Positions 39,260-48,937 of a DNA stretch of 64,000 nt are shown one piece after another. The stretch is from Candidatus Obscuribacterales bacterium (GTDB taxonomy: Bacteria > Cyanobacteriota > Vampirovibrionia > Obscuribacterales > Obscuribacteraceae). Made by a program: the position numbers and the translations under genes. The notes under the pieces were generated by a model that had not been told where the DNA came from, searched no databases, and saw nothing but the letters and a program-made list of their open reading frames with translations. The stretch is from contig CBDDIJ010000002.1 in the NCBI GenBank assembly GCA_965228855.1, positions 2,464,001 through 2,528,000 of the forward strand, written 5' to 3'. Position 1 is the first letter of the stretch. Every line of letters begins with the position of its first letter.

Positions 39260-39683
39260 TTGAATCCTCCTTTCTTCAGTCCAAATGCATTCATGATGGC
39301 GCTTTCCTCCTCTCGATAAAATTGGTGAATACTTTAGTTCTTCGATACGGTAAGAAAGCACTTTTATTTGCAGCATAGCGATAACGATATGGCAATTAAA
39401 GATGTTCGCTCAGTTCAATGCCAATTTCTATCACCCAAGCGAATGAAAGTTGCTTTCCAGATGGAGCGCTGTTCTACTGTCTTGTATGAGACTTAGACTC
39501 GTATCCAATAGCATACCTGGAGTGGAATTTCTATCACCTCGCTGGCGGATTGATCCGAAGCTGATGCCGCTGCTATAACTACGTTAAAAGTTCGTTTCGG
39601 AGTCCTGTCAATCGTCGTTCGAAGCCAAAGTGGCGGTTCGGGCGACGTGTAGTCCTTGTCGCAAATTTTCTTGGAGGCACAAG

Positions 39684-41450
39684 ATGACAGCGCAAATTTC
39701 AACGGAATCTAAAGTAAATACACCCGTGGTTTATGGAGCTCATCCAAATGACGATGAGAAGATTGAAGGGATTGCCAAATATATAGGTAACTTTCACAAA
39801 ACTCTTTGCCACAATAAATTCGGTGAGGTGTTCGAAGATGAGTATGTACACTTCGAGAAAATTTGTCGTCATGTCTCCGACAATGGCGATTTCGAAAGAG
39901 TAGGCGCAGGCAAACTTAGTGATCCTAACCAAGCTGACTTTATCGTCCGACCGATTCCCACGCATGTGGCCAAGCTCGTTAACCCACAGGCTGGCCGTTC
40001 GACTGATGTGTCTGGACCAGATCCGTTGCATATCGACATGCACCCGGCGCCCGGAGTTTTGTCTGATTCGACGGCAGCGGAAATGACCGAACTGTATTGG
40101 ATGGCCATTCTCCGGGATCTGTCGTTTGATGAATGGCAGAGTAACGCCAAAGTGAAGACTGCGATTCGGGAACTCTCCGAAGTTTTCTCTCGTGGCGTGC
40201 ACGACTTAAACGATCCTGGAAAGTTGTTACTCGGTGTTGATTTGCCTGTAACTTCGAAGGGACAGTTAGATTTGCGATTGCAAACGCTATTCCGAGCGGG
40301 GTTGCCAGATGAAGATTTTGGACCGATAGTCAGTCAGTTTTTCCTTCAAAACATTAACTATGGAGCGCAACTCATTGAACAGTCAGTTGTTCCATACGTT
40401 GAAGGACGCAACTATTTACAGGCGCATTCGAACTGGTTGCTTGCCCAAAACTCAGGATACGATGTCCATGGTCGCGACTATGGATCGGACAACTTTTACG
40501 GCGACGACAAAACTGCATATGAAAATCCTTGTGAGCGTGTTTATATTCGAAACATGCGAGATATTGCAAGGTTCGTAAATCGAGACGCTCTGCATCAAGC
40601 ATATTTCAATGCGGCTCTGCTTCTCTTAAATTGGGGTGCGAAGGAAAATGTCGGTAATCCCTACAATAACTACGTTCGTCAACTTGGTTTCGGTACTTTG
40701 GGAGGACCTAACTTGCTTGCCTTAGTGTCCGAGGTTGCGACGAGAGCACTCAAAGTTGTTTGGCGCCAAAAGTGGCTGGTGCATCGTCGCCTCCGTCCTG
40801 AAGCGTATGGTGGACTTATGCAAATGCAGCGGAATGGCTATGAAGCTGAATGGAGAAAATACGGACTGCCAGAGTGGGTGTTCGAGACGGACGCCGCTAA
40901 ATGCGTTCAGGACATGGAAAGTTCGCTCTTTTTGCCGATGGCATATTCTGCTGGCAGTCCCAATCATCCATCCTATGGTGCTGGACATGCCACTGTAGCC
41001 GGTGCCTGCGTTACGATTCTGAAAGCTTGGTTTGAGGATGCGAATCTCTGCGAGCTCTTCTCTAAACTTCCTGAGTGCGGAAAAGATCCTGGAGCACCGC
41101 CGACAATTTTACAGCCGGGAAAGAACAGCAGAACTGAGCCTCTAAAGGCGTATTGCGAGGAAGATGCCAAACGCCTGACCATTCACGGTGAGTTAAATAA
41201 GCTTGCTGCGAATGTCGCCATGGGTCGCTCGATGGGCGGCGTGCATTGGCGCACCGACAATACACGAAGTCTACGACTCGGAGAACGGGTGGCTACGATC
41301 ATGTTGCGACGAATTCTGCCGACCTACGCGGAGAGACCGATTTCACTGTCGTATGTCAACTTCGATGGCAATCGTGTCCGCATCAACTCTTCTGGAGCGA
41401 TTGAGGTTGAAGGTGATGAGCCGTTGAATGAGTTTTACTCACGTTCTTAA
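39684..41450 (+). CDS. Vanadium-dependent haloperoxidase (algal/cyanobacterial VBPO type)
   Basis: AEMTELYWMAILRD, QKWLVHRRLRPE, HPSYGAGHAT, GELNKLAAN..GRSMGGVHWRTD; GGAGG RBS. Confidence 0.92.
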   Translation: MTAQISTESKVNTPVVYGAHPNDDEKIEGIAKYIGNFHKTLCHNKFGEVFEDEYVHFEKICRHVSDNGDFERVGAGKLSDPNQADFIVRPIPTHVAKLVNPQAGRSTDVSGPDPLHIDMHPAPGVLSDSTAAEMTELYWMAILRDLSFDEWQSNAKVKTAIRELSEVFSRGVHDLNDPGKLLLGVDLPVTSKGQLDLRLQTLFRAGLPDEDFGPIVSQFFLQNINYGAQLIEQSVVPYVEGRNYLQAHSNWLLAQNSGYDVHGRDYGSDNFYGDDKTAYENPCERVYIRNMRDIARFVNRDALHQAYFNAALLLLNWGAKENVGNPYNNYVRQLGFGTLGGPNLLALVSEVATRALKVVWRQKWLVHRRLRPEAYGGLMQMQRNGYEAEWRKYGLPEWVFETDAAKCVQDMESSLFLPMAYSAGSPNHPSYGAGHATVAGACVTILKAWFEDANLCELFSKLPECGKDPGAPPTILQPGKNSRTEPLKAYCEEDAKRLTIHGELNKLAANVAMGRSMGGVHWRTDNTRSLRLGERVATIMLRRILPTYAERPISLSYVNFDGNRVRINSSGAIEVEGDEPLNEFYSRS

Positions 41451-41554
41451 TTGCGAAGTGTTTCGCTTAGAGCTGCATTGCAGACCCAACCCAAGGCATG
41501 TTCGTTGGAAATTAAAGACCATCAATATTGAAAATCCGAGTATAGGAGGTCGTC

Positions 41555-42307
41555 ATGTATAGCGATGAAATTAAGTTCGTGTCGGGAGTTGGGAGAGGTG
41601 CAAAGGGTGTACATGTCCGGCGTGTGCAAGAGTGGTTGACCCTTCACGGATACAATGTCGCTGTTGATGGAATCTTTGGACCCGCAACCGAAAGAGCTCT
41701 AAGCAAATTTCAGAAAGCTCAGAATCTAACTGTTTCTGGGTCCTCTAATCAACGCACTTTTGAGGCTCTCGTTTTGCCAATGACAATGGCTTTGAGAGAG
41801 ATTGATAGCGGGCAGGACACGATCTCATCATTGACCCTGAAATATGCAGCTCAACACCTCGCTTCACATCCGAGAGAAGTTGGAGGGCAAAACAGAGGTC
41901 CTTGGGTACGTCTGTATATGAAAGGAAATGAAGGGCCAAGTTGGCCTTGGTGCGCTGGTTTTGTTTGTTTCTGTGTTCAACAAGCTTCGAACACATTGAA
42001 GAAACAGATGCCATTTAGCTACACGTTCTCCTGCGACACGCTAGCAGCTTTCGGTAAGCAGAGTAAAAAATTCGTAGCTGAATCGGACGTGGAGGTAGAT
42101 AAACTTGCTCCAGGCAGTATTTTTCTGGTGCGACGAACTGCAACAGATTGGACGCATACTGGTTTCGTTTCAGAGGTTAATGTAAACTCCTTCGACACGA
42201 TTGAGGGAAACACAAACAACGATCCAAGGACCGAGGGGCCCAGAGAAGGTTATGAGGTGTGTGCGAGTGTGCGTGAGTATAAGAAAAAGGATTTTATATC
42301 CCTTTGA
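41555..42307 (+). CDS. Peptidoglycan-binding domain + CHAP-like amidase/endopeptidase
   Basis: VRRVQ..L..VDGIFGPATERALSKFQ (PG_binding_1); WCAGFV, HTGFV, TIEGNT (CHAP Cys-His-Glu); AGGAGG RBS. Confidence 0.88.
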   Translation: MYSDEIKFVSGVGRGAKGVHVRRVQEWLTLHGYNVAVDGIFGPATERALSKFQKAQNLTVSGSSNQRTFEALVLPMTMALREIDSGQDTISSLTLKYAAQHLASHPREVGGQNRGPWVRLYMKGNEGPSWPWCAGFVCFCVQQASNTLKKQMPFSYTFSCDTLAAFGKQSKKFVAESDVEVDKLAPGSIFLVRRTATDWTHTGFVSEVNVNSFDTIEGNTNNDPRTEGPREGYEVCASVREYKKKDFISL

Positions 42308-42406
42308 GAATTTATAACTTGGCGTAAATGACAATCACTCGGTTTCTATAACAAATAGTTTTGCACGTCCAGAGAGACTTACTTTATCCAAATTGTGAGG
42401 ATTCGA

Positions 42407-43753
42407 ATGAAAAGATTGAGTAGCACTATAACTCTTGCAACTATGTTTTCGCTTGTTACAGGTCATTGTTTCGCAAAGCCGATATTTATTATTCGGTCGA
42501 GCGCTGTTCCAAATGAAACCGTTGAGCCTGAACGACTATCGAAAAAACCAACAGAGTACTTGCGTGACACTAAGGCTAATAACAACACTGCAATTTTCTA
42601 TCTCCCAAAAACTATCGCGGAAGTGGAAGTTACGTATGCGATTTATGCCAAAAAAGAGGCTTTGGCTAAGTTGGAGCGTGCAGTTCTGCCCGCATTTGTT
42701 CCGCCGAATTCCGGAGAGAAAGCGAAAGAGCGTGAGGACGAGAAGAAAGAGCGAGAAGATGTACTAGCTCTTGCAGGCAACCACATGCGTCCTGCCGGCG
42801 TTGAAGCGAATGCAAGAGCCACCGATGCGGTCACACCGCTTGTTGCTGTTGTCGACAGGGCGCCAAAGAAGGGTTTTGTTCGCTATCCGTCGAAAAACGA
42901 AACGTTCCAGAGTGGTGAGGTCGTTGAGAAGTGTCCTGTTGTTGTTACAATTCCTGTGCCGCTTGCCGTTAAGTTTGTGCAGGTGCCCGACACGAACCTG
43001 GGTTTTCGGGCTGATCTCGGAGCAATGAAAGGCTTGGTTAGTGACGTAAACAAATCCCAAATTACAAAAAATTCCGATGGAACCATAAGCGGTGTTGATG
43101 CCGAGATAGTCGATCGGACCCTGGATATATTTGAGGACTTTTCTGTAGCATCGATTAACGTTGGGAAGAAGGTTATGTCGATGGGCCTTTTTGCAGTTCC
43201 GCTGTTCAGAACCGATGACACTCCTGTGTATACTCAGGTTGGCACTATAAAAATTCGCAAATTAGTTGATATTGGCGGCCCGGTTCAGCCGAAAGAAGAT
43301 CGTTTTCAGTATCCGATCGACGATGCTCCAGACGTTGAAGTTGTTCAAAATACATTAGCTGGACTTGGCTTTACGGGCGTCACTTTTGCCATGCCGAGAT
43401 TGGCATGGAGCCTAGACCGAAAGCTCAATTCCGAAGTTAAGTCAGGTGATTTGATCGATAAGGCGGGGTATCAGGGGATCGTTGTAAGAGAGCCCGAGAC
43501 AGTTGACGTTTCTATTGCAGCGGATGGCAATTTTATGAATTCCGCACGAGTTTATCATGGGCGTCAGATTCTAGCGCAGACGGGAGGATTTGCAGGAGTG
43601 CGCATTGGAAAGAGAACTTTCAGTAAGGCCGCTCAGCAGATTACACTGTCCCCTCAAGGAGCAGTTCTCACGGTAAACAAAACGACCAACAGTCCCTTAA
43701 AGAATATTTCGGGTGCAGTTCGAAATATCACAGCGGCTGCTGCTTCACCCTAA
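42407..43753 (+). CDS. Exported hypothetical protein (DUF4831-like motifs)
   Basis: Signal peptide (..GHCFA-K); FYLPKT..V.V and PD...F...DGTISGVDAEIVDRT; beta-rich. Confidence 0.65.
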   Translation: MKRLSSTITLATMFSLVTGHCFAKPIFIIRSSAVPNETVEPERLSKKPTEYLRDTKANNNTAIFYLPKTIAEVEVTYAIYAKKEALAKLERAVLPAFVPPNSGEKAKEREDEKKEREDVLALAGNHMRPAGVEANARATDAVTPLVAVVDRAPKKGFVRYPSKNETFQSGEVVEKCPVVVTIPVPLAVKFVQVPDTNLGFRADLGAMKGLVSDVNKSQITKNSDGTISGVDAEIVDRTLDIFEDFSVASINVGKKVMSMGLFAVPLFRTDDTPVYTQVGTIKIRKLVDIGGPVQPKEDRFQYPIDDAPDVEVVQNTLAGLGFTGVTFAMPRLAWSLDRKLNSEVKSGDLIDKAGYQGIVVREPETVDVSIAADGNFMNSARVYHGRQILAQTGGFAGVRIGKRTFSKAAQQITLSPQGAVLTVNKTTNSPLKNISGAVRNITAAAASP

Positions 43754-43843
43754 AAATTGAAAACCTGATGACGTAGCGCGCGCAACCTTGGCAATTGAGA
43801 TATAAATCTGCATCAGCTATGCAGCTCGTTCGCAATGCGATGA

Positions 43844-44464
43844 TTAGTCCTGGATTCCGAGCAATGCCTGTTGCATAAGAATTAAACGCAGGTTGACGCC
43901 GCGCAGGTCGAAGCTGTCAGCATCGAAATCTCCACCTGCCCAGTCAAGCAGTTCCATTCCCTCATCACATGCGGGATCTTCAACTTTATCGAGAAAATCT
44001 TTGTAGCCGGGCGGACCGCCGACGTCTTCGGGCGGGCACGCGCGTCTGCCGCCGAGGCACGTCACAAATCCCTCGCCTTCACCCTCGTGTACCTCCTCAA
44101 CAACCACGTCGTGAAACCAATCATCGCCGTAGTCGTAGAGGTACACGAATGTGTCGCCGGCTTTCTCTGCAAGATCGCCTAGCGTGAAATTGCTTTCGTC
44201 ACGGTATCTACTCGAATCCATGTCGGGATCTTCGGCACCGTAGCTGATACCACCAGACTGGAACTCGTGAGCGTGTGTGTCCCACCATCCCATCGAAATT
44301 TGAAAGCACTCATGAACAAGTGCCAGCGGTGTCGATGTTTTAATGACGAGGCGTCTCCAGATTGGAAGCGGCGCGTTACGCAACGTCACTTTCATTCGAA
44401 ACATCGCATTATCTGATTTCTTCGCGTTCTTAGTTATTCGTCGCTTTGCTACTTTTCCAGCCAT
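43844..44464 (-). CDS. Plasmid pRiA4b ORF-3 family protein
   Basis: PIWRR, MGW..H.HEF, YLYDYGDDW, RACPPEDVGG..GY. Confidence 0.92.
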   Translation of the reverse strand: MAGKVAKRRITKNAKKSDNAMFRMKVTLRNAPLPIWRRLVIKTSTPLALVHECFQISMGWWDTHAHEFQSGGISYGAEDPDMDSSRYRDESNFTLGDLAEKAGDTFVYLYDYGDDWFHDVVVEEVHEGEGEGFVTCLGGRRACPPEDVGGPPGYKDFLDKVEDPACDEGMELLDWAGGDFDADSFDLRGVNLRLILMQQALLGIQD

Positions 44465-44498
44465 GGCAGCTACTCCCGATTTCAGTCACGCGCGTATC

Positions 44499-46037
44499 TT
44501 AGTGATCGTGATCGCATTCGTCGTCACAGTCACCCTCTTCATACCGCTCGTCCGCAAACTCGTCGATTGCGTAAATCCGCTCGGCGACAGCTTTTTCTTC
44601 GTCCAGACGTTCTTGCATGCGTAAGCTCATGCGGAGCAGCTGTAACGCGTCAATCATGTCTAGGTGATTCGATGAGCTTGTTTGTTCGACAATCTCAGCT
44701 ATTCTTTTCGCATTTGACTCGAGTGCCGTCCAATCTTCATTCTGTATAGCGAGAGAACCTATGATGGAGAGAGCAATCTGCTCAACATGGGTTGAGGCTC
44801 TGGAAGGATTCTTTTCCAAATATTCCAGGGCTTTCTTTGCGGATGACTCGATCAGTTTCTCCTGACCCGGTATCTCGCTCAGGAGTACAGAAAGATCTGC
44901 GTATGAATTCGCCAGCGCTTCGGGTTTCGCCGTTTTCTCTTGCTCTTTCAGCCATTCGGCGCGTTTTTCCAACTCTGTGGCGACCATATTTCCTTCAAGT
45001 GCTTCATCGACTCTAGCCACCGTAGCAATGATCTCTTCGAACATCGCACCACCATCGTTGAGTCTGTTCGCATCACGCAGAACCTTTGCGAACGACTTTC
45101 TCGCCTCTTTGAAGTCTTCGCGTTCAAGATGAGAACCGAGAATTTCAAGCTCCGACTCTATGCGTTTAACTCTAGCTTCGTCTATGGTTTCTTCTTCGCC
45201 AACGCGCGCGAGACCGTCATCACGCCAATCTTTTAACCAGGTCAACGCGCCGTCTGTCGAGCGCCATGCTTCGCCGGTCACTCTCACATATCGGTCTAAG
45301 AAGTATCCTTCGATATCGATGTCCTCAGCGGAACTCTCGTCGCCTTGTTCTAATGCTTCGAACATGGTGTTGAATGCGGTATCAGCGAAGTGTTCCAACA
45401 TTTCATCATCAAAACCGAATGCAGCGGCCGCTGCGCCTCGTGAGTAGTTGCAATCGCCCTGCTCGATAAACTTCAACAGAGCATTGGCATAATGCCATTC
45501 GAGTGTCGGAACGGATTCGCCGTTCAAAATTTCTCTGGCTTTCTCGATTTGTTTTTCGCAGAGCAAATAGGTCATCAGGCTGAAACGAATAGCGTCTGTA
45601 AAATACTGTCCGACTTGCAGCTCCTCGATTTCTGTTTCATTCAAAACTGCGATAGCCTCTTCTCTCTTGCCTTCGCTCCAGAGAAGTTCGGACAACTCAA
45701 TTGAAGCTAAGGCAAAAATCAGAGCTGATGCGGCGTGGTCATCAGCGTTTTTCGAGACCTCGACCGCCTTCTTGTAGTGCTCTAATTTCTGTTCTGTATT
45801 GGCGTAGTTGCGAGCAAGAATTAGCTGAGCGAAACCGCTTTGGTCCTCGTTTACAATGCTCTGAGCTGCCTTGATGCGTTCTGCAGGGCTCGTTGGATGA
45901 AAGGCGTCGCGAAGCTTTTCAATGACGCTATCGTCGAGATCTTCCGCCAAATCATCGAAAATTTCGTGCATCATGAACAGCAAATACGGTTGCTGTTTGA
46001 TTTCAGTGTTCTCTTGAGTAATAACCGAAGTCGACAT
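44499..46037 (-). CDS. Acidic all-helical (TPR-like) hypothetical protein
   Basis: 512-aa ORF, AGGAG RBS, helical repeats, C-terminal CDDECDHDH; 34 nt upstream of the pRiA4b ORF-3 gene. Confidence 0.7.
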   Translation of the reverse strand: MSTSVITQENTEIKQQPYLLFMMHEIFDDLAEDLDDSVIEKLRDAFHPTSPAERIKAAQSIVNEDQSGFAQLILARNYANTEQKLEHYKKAVEVSKNADDHAASALIFALASIELSELLWSEGKREEAIAVLNETEIEELQVGQYFTDAIRFSLMTYLLCEKQIEKAREILNGESVPTLEWHYANALLKFIEQGDCNYSRGAAAAAFGFDDEMLEHFADTAFNTMFEALEQGDESSAEDIDIEGYFLDRYVRVTGEAWRSTDGALTWLKDWRDDGLARVGEEETIDEARVKRIESELEILGSHLEREDFKEARKSFAKVLRDANRLNDGGAMFEEIIATVARVDEALEGNMVATELEKRAEWLKEQEKTAKPEALANSYADLSVLLSEIPGQEKLIESSAKKALEYLEKNPSRASTHVEQIALSIIGSLAIQNEDWTALESNAKRIAEIVEQTSSSNHLDMIDALQLLRMSLRMQERLDEEKAVAERIYAIDEFADERYEEGDCDDECDHDH

Positions 46038-46484
46038 AAGTTTCTCCTGAGTCGTCTCCGACCCGTGCTCGCTGAGTAATCTTGCGCTATGATACCGCGC
46101 GGGACTCCCGTTTTACGGCTTCTTTAAGCGGTTAATGGAAAATGGTTTCATACCTAATTACATGTCGGTTTTCATGTCTTGTGTCAGAACGGTGAAACCG
46201 GCGCGTCTTCAGCCGTTTCTATAGCGGTTCGTTGCCTCTCCGAAATCGTTGCAGGCGCTGCAATTCTTAAGGATGTGTTACCGCAGGCGGGAATGTCAAG
46301 AGGTTGGCTATAATGGCTACATTGTCATCCAGGTTAGCGGTATCCCAGCGTTTCAGGTGCCCACTCCACTCAATATCTTCTGTTCGTTTTGCACAATGTG
46401 TTTGGCCTAACCTGGCGTTCTGCGCACACTCTCTTGTTTGCACTCCTGCGCGTACAACTCGCGCTAATTTCCTGAATCAAACCG

Positions 46485-47744
46485 ATGGCTAACGAGTTTA
46501 CTAACTCACCGTCCGACAAAATGACTAAGCAACCGGAACCGGCAAACTCTTCTGCACTGAATATGGTGTCAAGACGTTTTCTTGCGGGTTTAAGCGATGG
46601 TATTATAATTGGTGCTATTAGTGCCGTTACCGTCAGTCTTCAGTTACTTGCGGCTATCCGCCATGTCGAGATAGTACCGTTAGCCTGCGCGGCATTAGCT
46701 GCCTTTTGTATTGCGTTTTGCGAGTCGCTTACGGGTCTTGGCGGTATCATCTATCTTATCGGTCTTCTTCTATTCGGGCTTAGTTTTGGGCCCAGTGAGG
46801 CCTACTTCTGTTACTGGATGTTTGTTGCATTCGCACTGCCGCTCAATTGGTTGTATCACTTGATTTTCGAATATTCGACGAGCCGCGCGACCCCTGGTAA
46901 ACGGTTGTTCGGTCTGCAGCTTTGTGACAATCGTTTTGGTCGGCCTCGATGGTCATCTCTTACCAAAAGGCATTCTCTCAGGGCGGTTTCAGCGTTGGCG
47001 ATGTTATTGCCGATTATCCACTGTCTGCTTGGAAGCCGTAATCAATTGATTCACGATCGGTTGAGCGGTGTATATGTCGTAAAAACATCTGACCTGGAAA
47101 CGAATCAGCTTCCGGTTCTATCCAGCAAAAGCGAGGGACCGCCTCAAGCGGTTTGTGCCAACCTCTGGAAGCGAATTCCAGCGGCGATTCTTGACCTTAT
47201 CTTTTTCGACTCGTTGCTTTCGATAACAATTTTGGTGACATGGATGTTGGCAGCGCACTTATTTTCCGCTCCCGACAATCAAGTGATAGCAATAATCACA
47301 TTGGTTCTACTGGTCCCCGTGTGTTCATTTTTGCCAGTTGTGTTTCCAATGCTCATCATGGCGACATTAGAGTCAAGCTCCTTGCAGTCAACGCCTGGAA
47401 AACTTGCCCTTGGTCTGGTCGTGACGAGTGCTTCCGGTCGTAAAGTCAGCTTTGCCGAAGCGCTATCCAAGCAGGTTGTACAAGCGGTTCTCTATGTCAG
47501 CCTTATACCTGTTGTTTTAGTCGCGTCGTTTATCGCCGCGCTGTTAAGTGCTGCGGCACCAAATAGTGAAATTCCAATTTATGTATCTGCTTTGATTTTA
47601 GTCTCATTCTATGTGTTATATGGTTTGGCAGTTTGCGCAACGTTTTTCAAAGAGAAACAGAGTCTTCTTGATTATTTGTGCGGGCGTTATGTGCTCGTCG
47701 AGCATAAGCTGCATTCTGGTAATTTGATTGAGGTCGTCAAATGA
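46485..47744 (+). CDS. RDD family membrane protein with two RDD domains
   Basis: RRFLA..D / TPGKRLFGL / HDRLSG and KRIPAAILD / TPGKLALGL / LDYLCG. Confidence 0.85.
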   Translation: MANEFTNSPSDKMTKQPEPANSSALNMVSRRFLAGLSDGIIIGAISAVTVSLQLLAAIRHVEIVPLACAALAAFCIAFCESLTGLGGIIYLIGLLLFGLSFGPSEAYFCYWMFVAFALPLNWLYHLIFEYSTSRATPGKRLFGLQLCDNRFGRPRWSSLTKRHSLRAVSALAMLLPIIHCLLGSRNQLIHDRLSGVYVVKTSDLETNQLPVLSSKSEGPPQAVCANLWKRIPAAILDLIFFDSLLSITILVTWMLAAHLFSAPDNQVIAIITLVLLVPVCSFLPVVFPMLIMATLESSSLQSTPGKLALGLVVTSASGRKVSFAEALSKQVVQAVLYVSLIPVVLVASFIAALLSAAAPNSEIPIYVSALILVSFYVLYGLAVCATFFKEKQSLLDYLCGRYVLVEHKLHSGNLIEVVK

Positions 47745-48811
47745 GGAAACGCATCTGTTCTATTCTCGTAGTTTTCGGCGTGGCTGTTTGCAGCTTCTTA
47801 CTGCTTGAGTTTGCCAAGACTGACGCCTATTTCAAACTGCTGTCCGTGCAGCTTATTGCGGAATATCCGGACACTAAACTGCCGCGCCTCCTTCCTGTGT
47901 TCAGAGAGGCTCCTCACAAATACGGTTTTATCGACAAAAACGGCTCCTTAAAAGTCCCCGCGACATTCGATGACGCCAGTGATTTTCACGAAGGATTGGC
48001 AGCCATTCGAATAGGGAAGCGCTGGGGCTATGTCACCACAAATGGTGTCATGGTGATTCAACCGCAATTTCATCGTGCCAGAGATTTCTCGCACGGTCTG
48101 GCGGCCGTGAAGAAAGGAAACTTCTGGGGCTACATAAATAAAAGTGGGACATTCGTTATTAAGCCACAGTTTTTAGTCGCGGAAGACTTTCGCGAGAACA
48201 GCGCTACTGTTTCAGACTACGTAAACTATGGGCTCGTCGGTCGAAATGGGGAGATTCTGCTTCCGGTTTCTGCCGCGAAACTTGGCGACTTCTCTTCCGG
48301 CATCGCGCGGGTCCAGATTCATGGGAAGTATGGTTTCTTAAGAGAAAATGGAACATGGCTCCAGAAACCGATTTACGCAGACGCTGGTGAATTCAGCGAA
48401 GGTCTTGCGGCATTCGAGAAGGATGGTCTCTGGGGTTACTTGGACGATTGCGGCTCTGTGGTTATCGCTCCAAGATTTAAGCATGCTGCTACTTTCTTTG
48501 AAGGGCTTGCGGCTGTAAAAGGCGATAACGGGCGCTCGGGATTAATCGACAGCAAGGGAAATTTCGTTGTGAAGCCGACCTTCGACGGTTTAGCAAGAAT
48601 GACAAAACCTAGTTGGAAACAGCCGGTACCAATTTCGGCGAATGGCTTGACGCCTTTCGTTGAGCACATGAAGGGCTGGGGCTTTGCATCAAATGAAACA
48701 GGTGAGCCCGTGATCGAGCCTCAGTTCATGGAGGTCAATCCATTCTCCGAGGGGTTTGCTTGCGTCGCGATTAAGGAGAAAATCAAGTCACCGTATAGAA
48801 TCGCCAGGTAG
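47741..48811 (+). CDS. WG-repeat protein with N-terminal anchor
   Basis: Repeated WGY and F.EGLA units; ATGA overlap with the RDD gene. Confidence 0.92.
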   Translation: MRKRICSILVVFGVAVCSFLLLEFAKTDAYFKLLSVQLIAEYPDTKLPRLLPVFREAPHKYGFIDKNGSLKVPATFDDASDFHEGLAAIRIGKRWGYVTTNGVMVIQPQFHRARDFSHGLAAVKKGNFWGYINKSGTFVIKPQFLVAEDFRENSATVSDYVNYGLVGRNGEILLPVSAAKLGDFSSGIARVQIHGKYGFLRENGTWLQKPIYADAGEFSEGLAAFEKDGLWGYLDDCGSVVIAPRFKHAATFFEGLAAVKGDNGRSGLIDSKGNFVVKPTFDGLARMTKPSWKQPVPISANGLTPFVEHMKGWGFASNETGEPVIEPQFMEVNPFSEGFACVAIKEKIKSPYRIAR

Positions 48812-48937
48812 CCTCCTTCATTGCAGCAGGTTCGAATTCGTGCAAATGCCTTCACCGTTTGTTTTTAGTGCTATTCTTGTCTAACTATCGAATCCCTCAA
48901 TCCGTCATGTTCTCTTGATGAGTCTTTTCACAGTTTC

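Noticed and set aside
43844..44464. pRiA4b ORF-3 as evidence of a plasmid
   Set aside because: The family is common on chromosomes, and no rep, par or tra genes are present.
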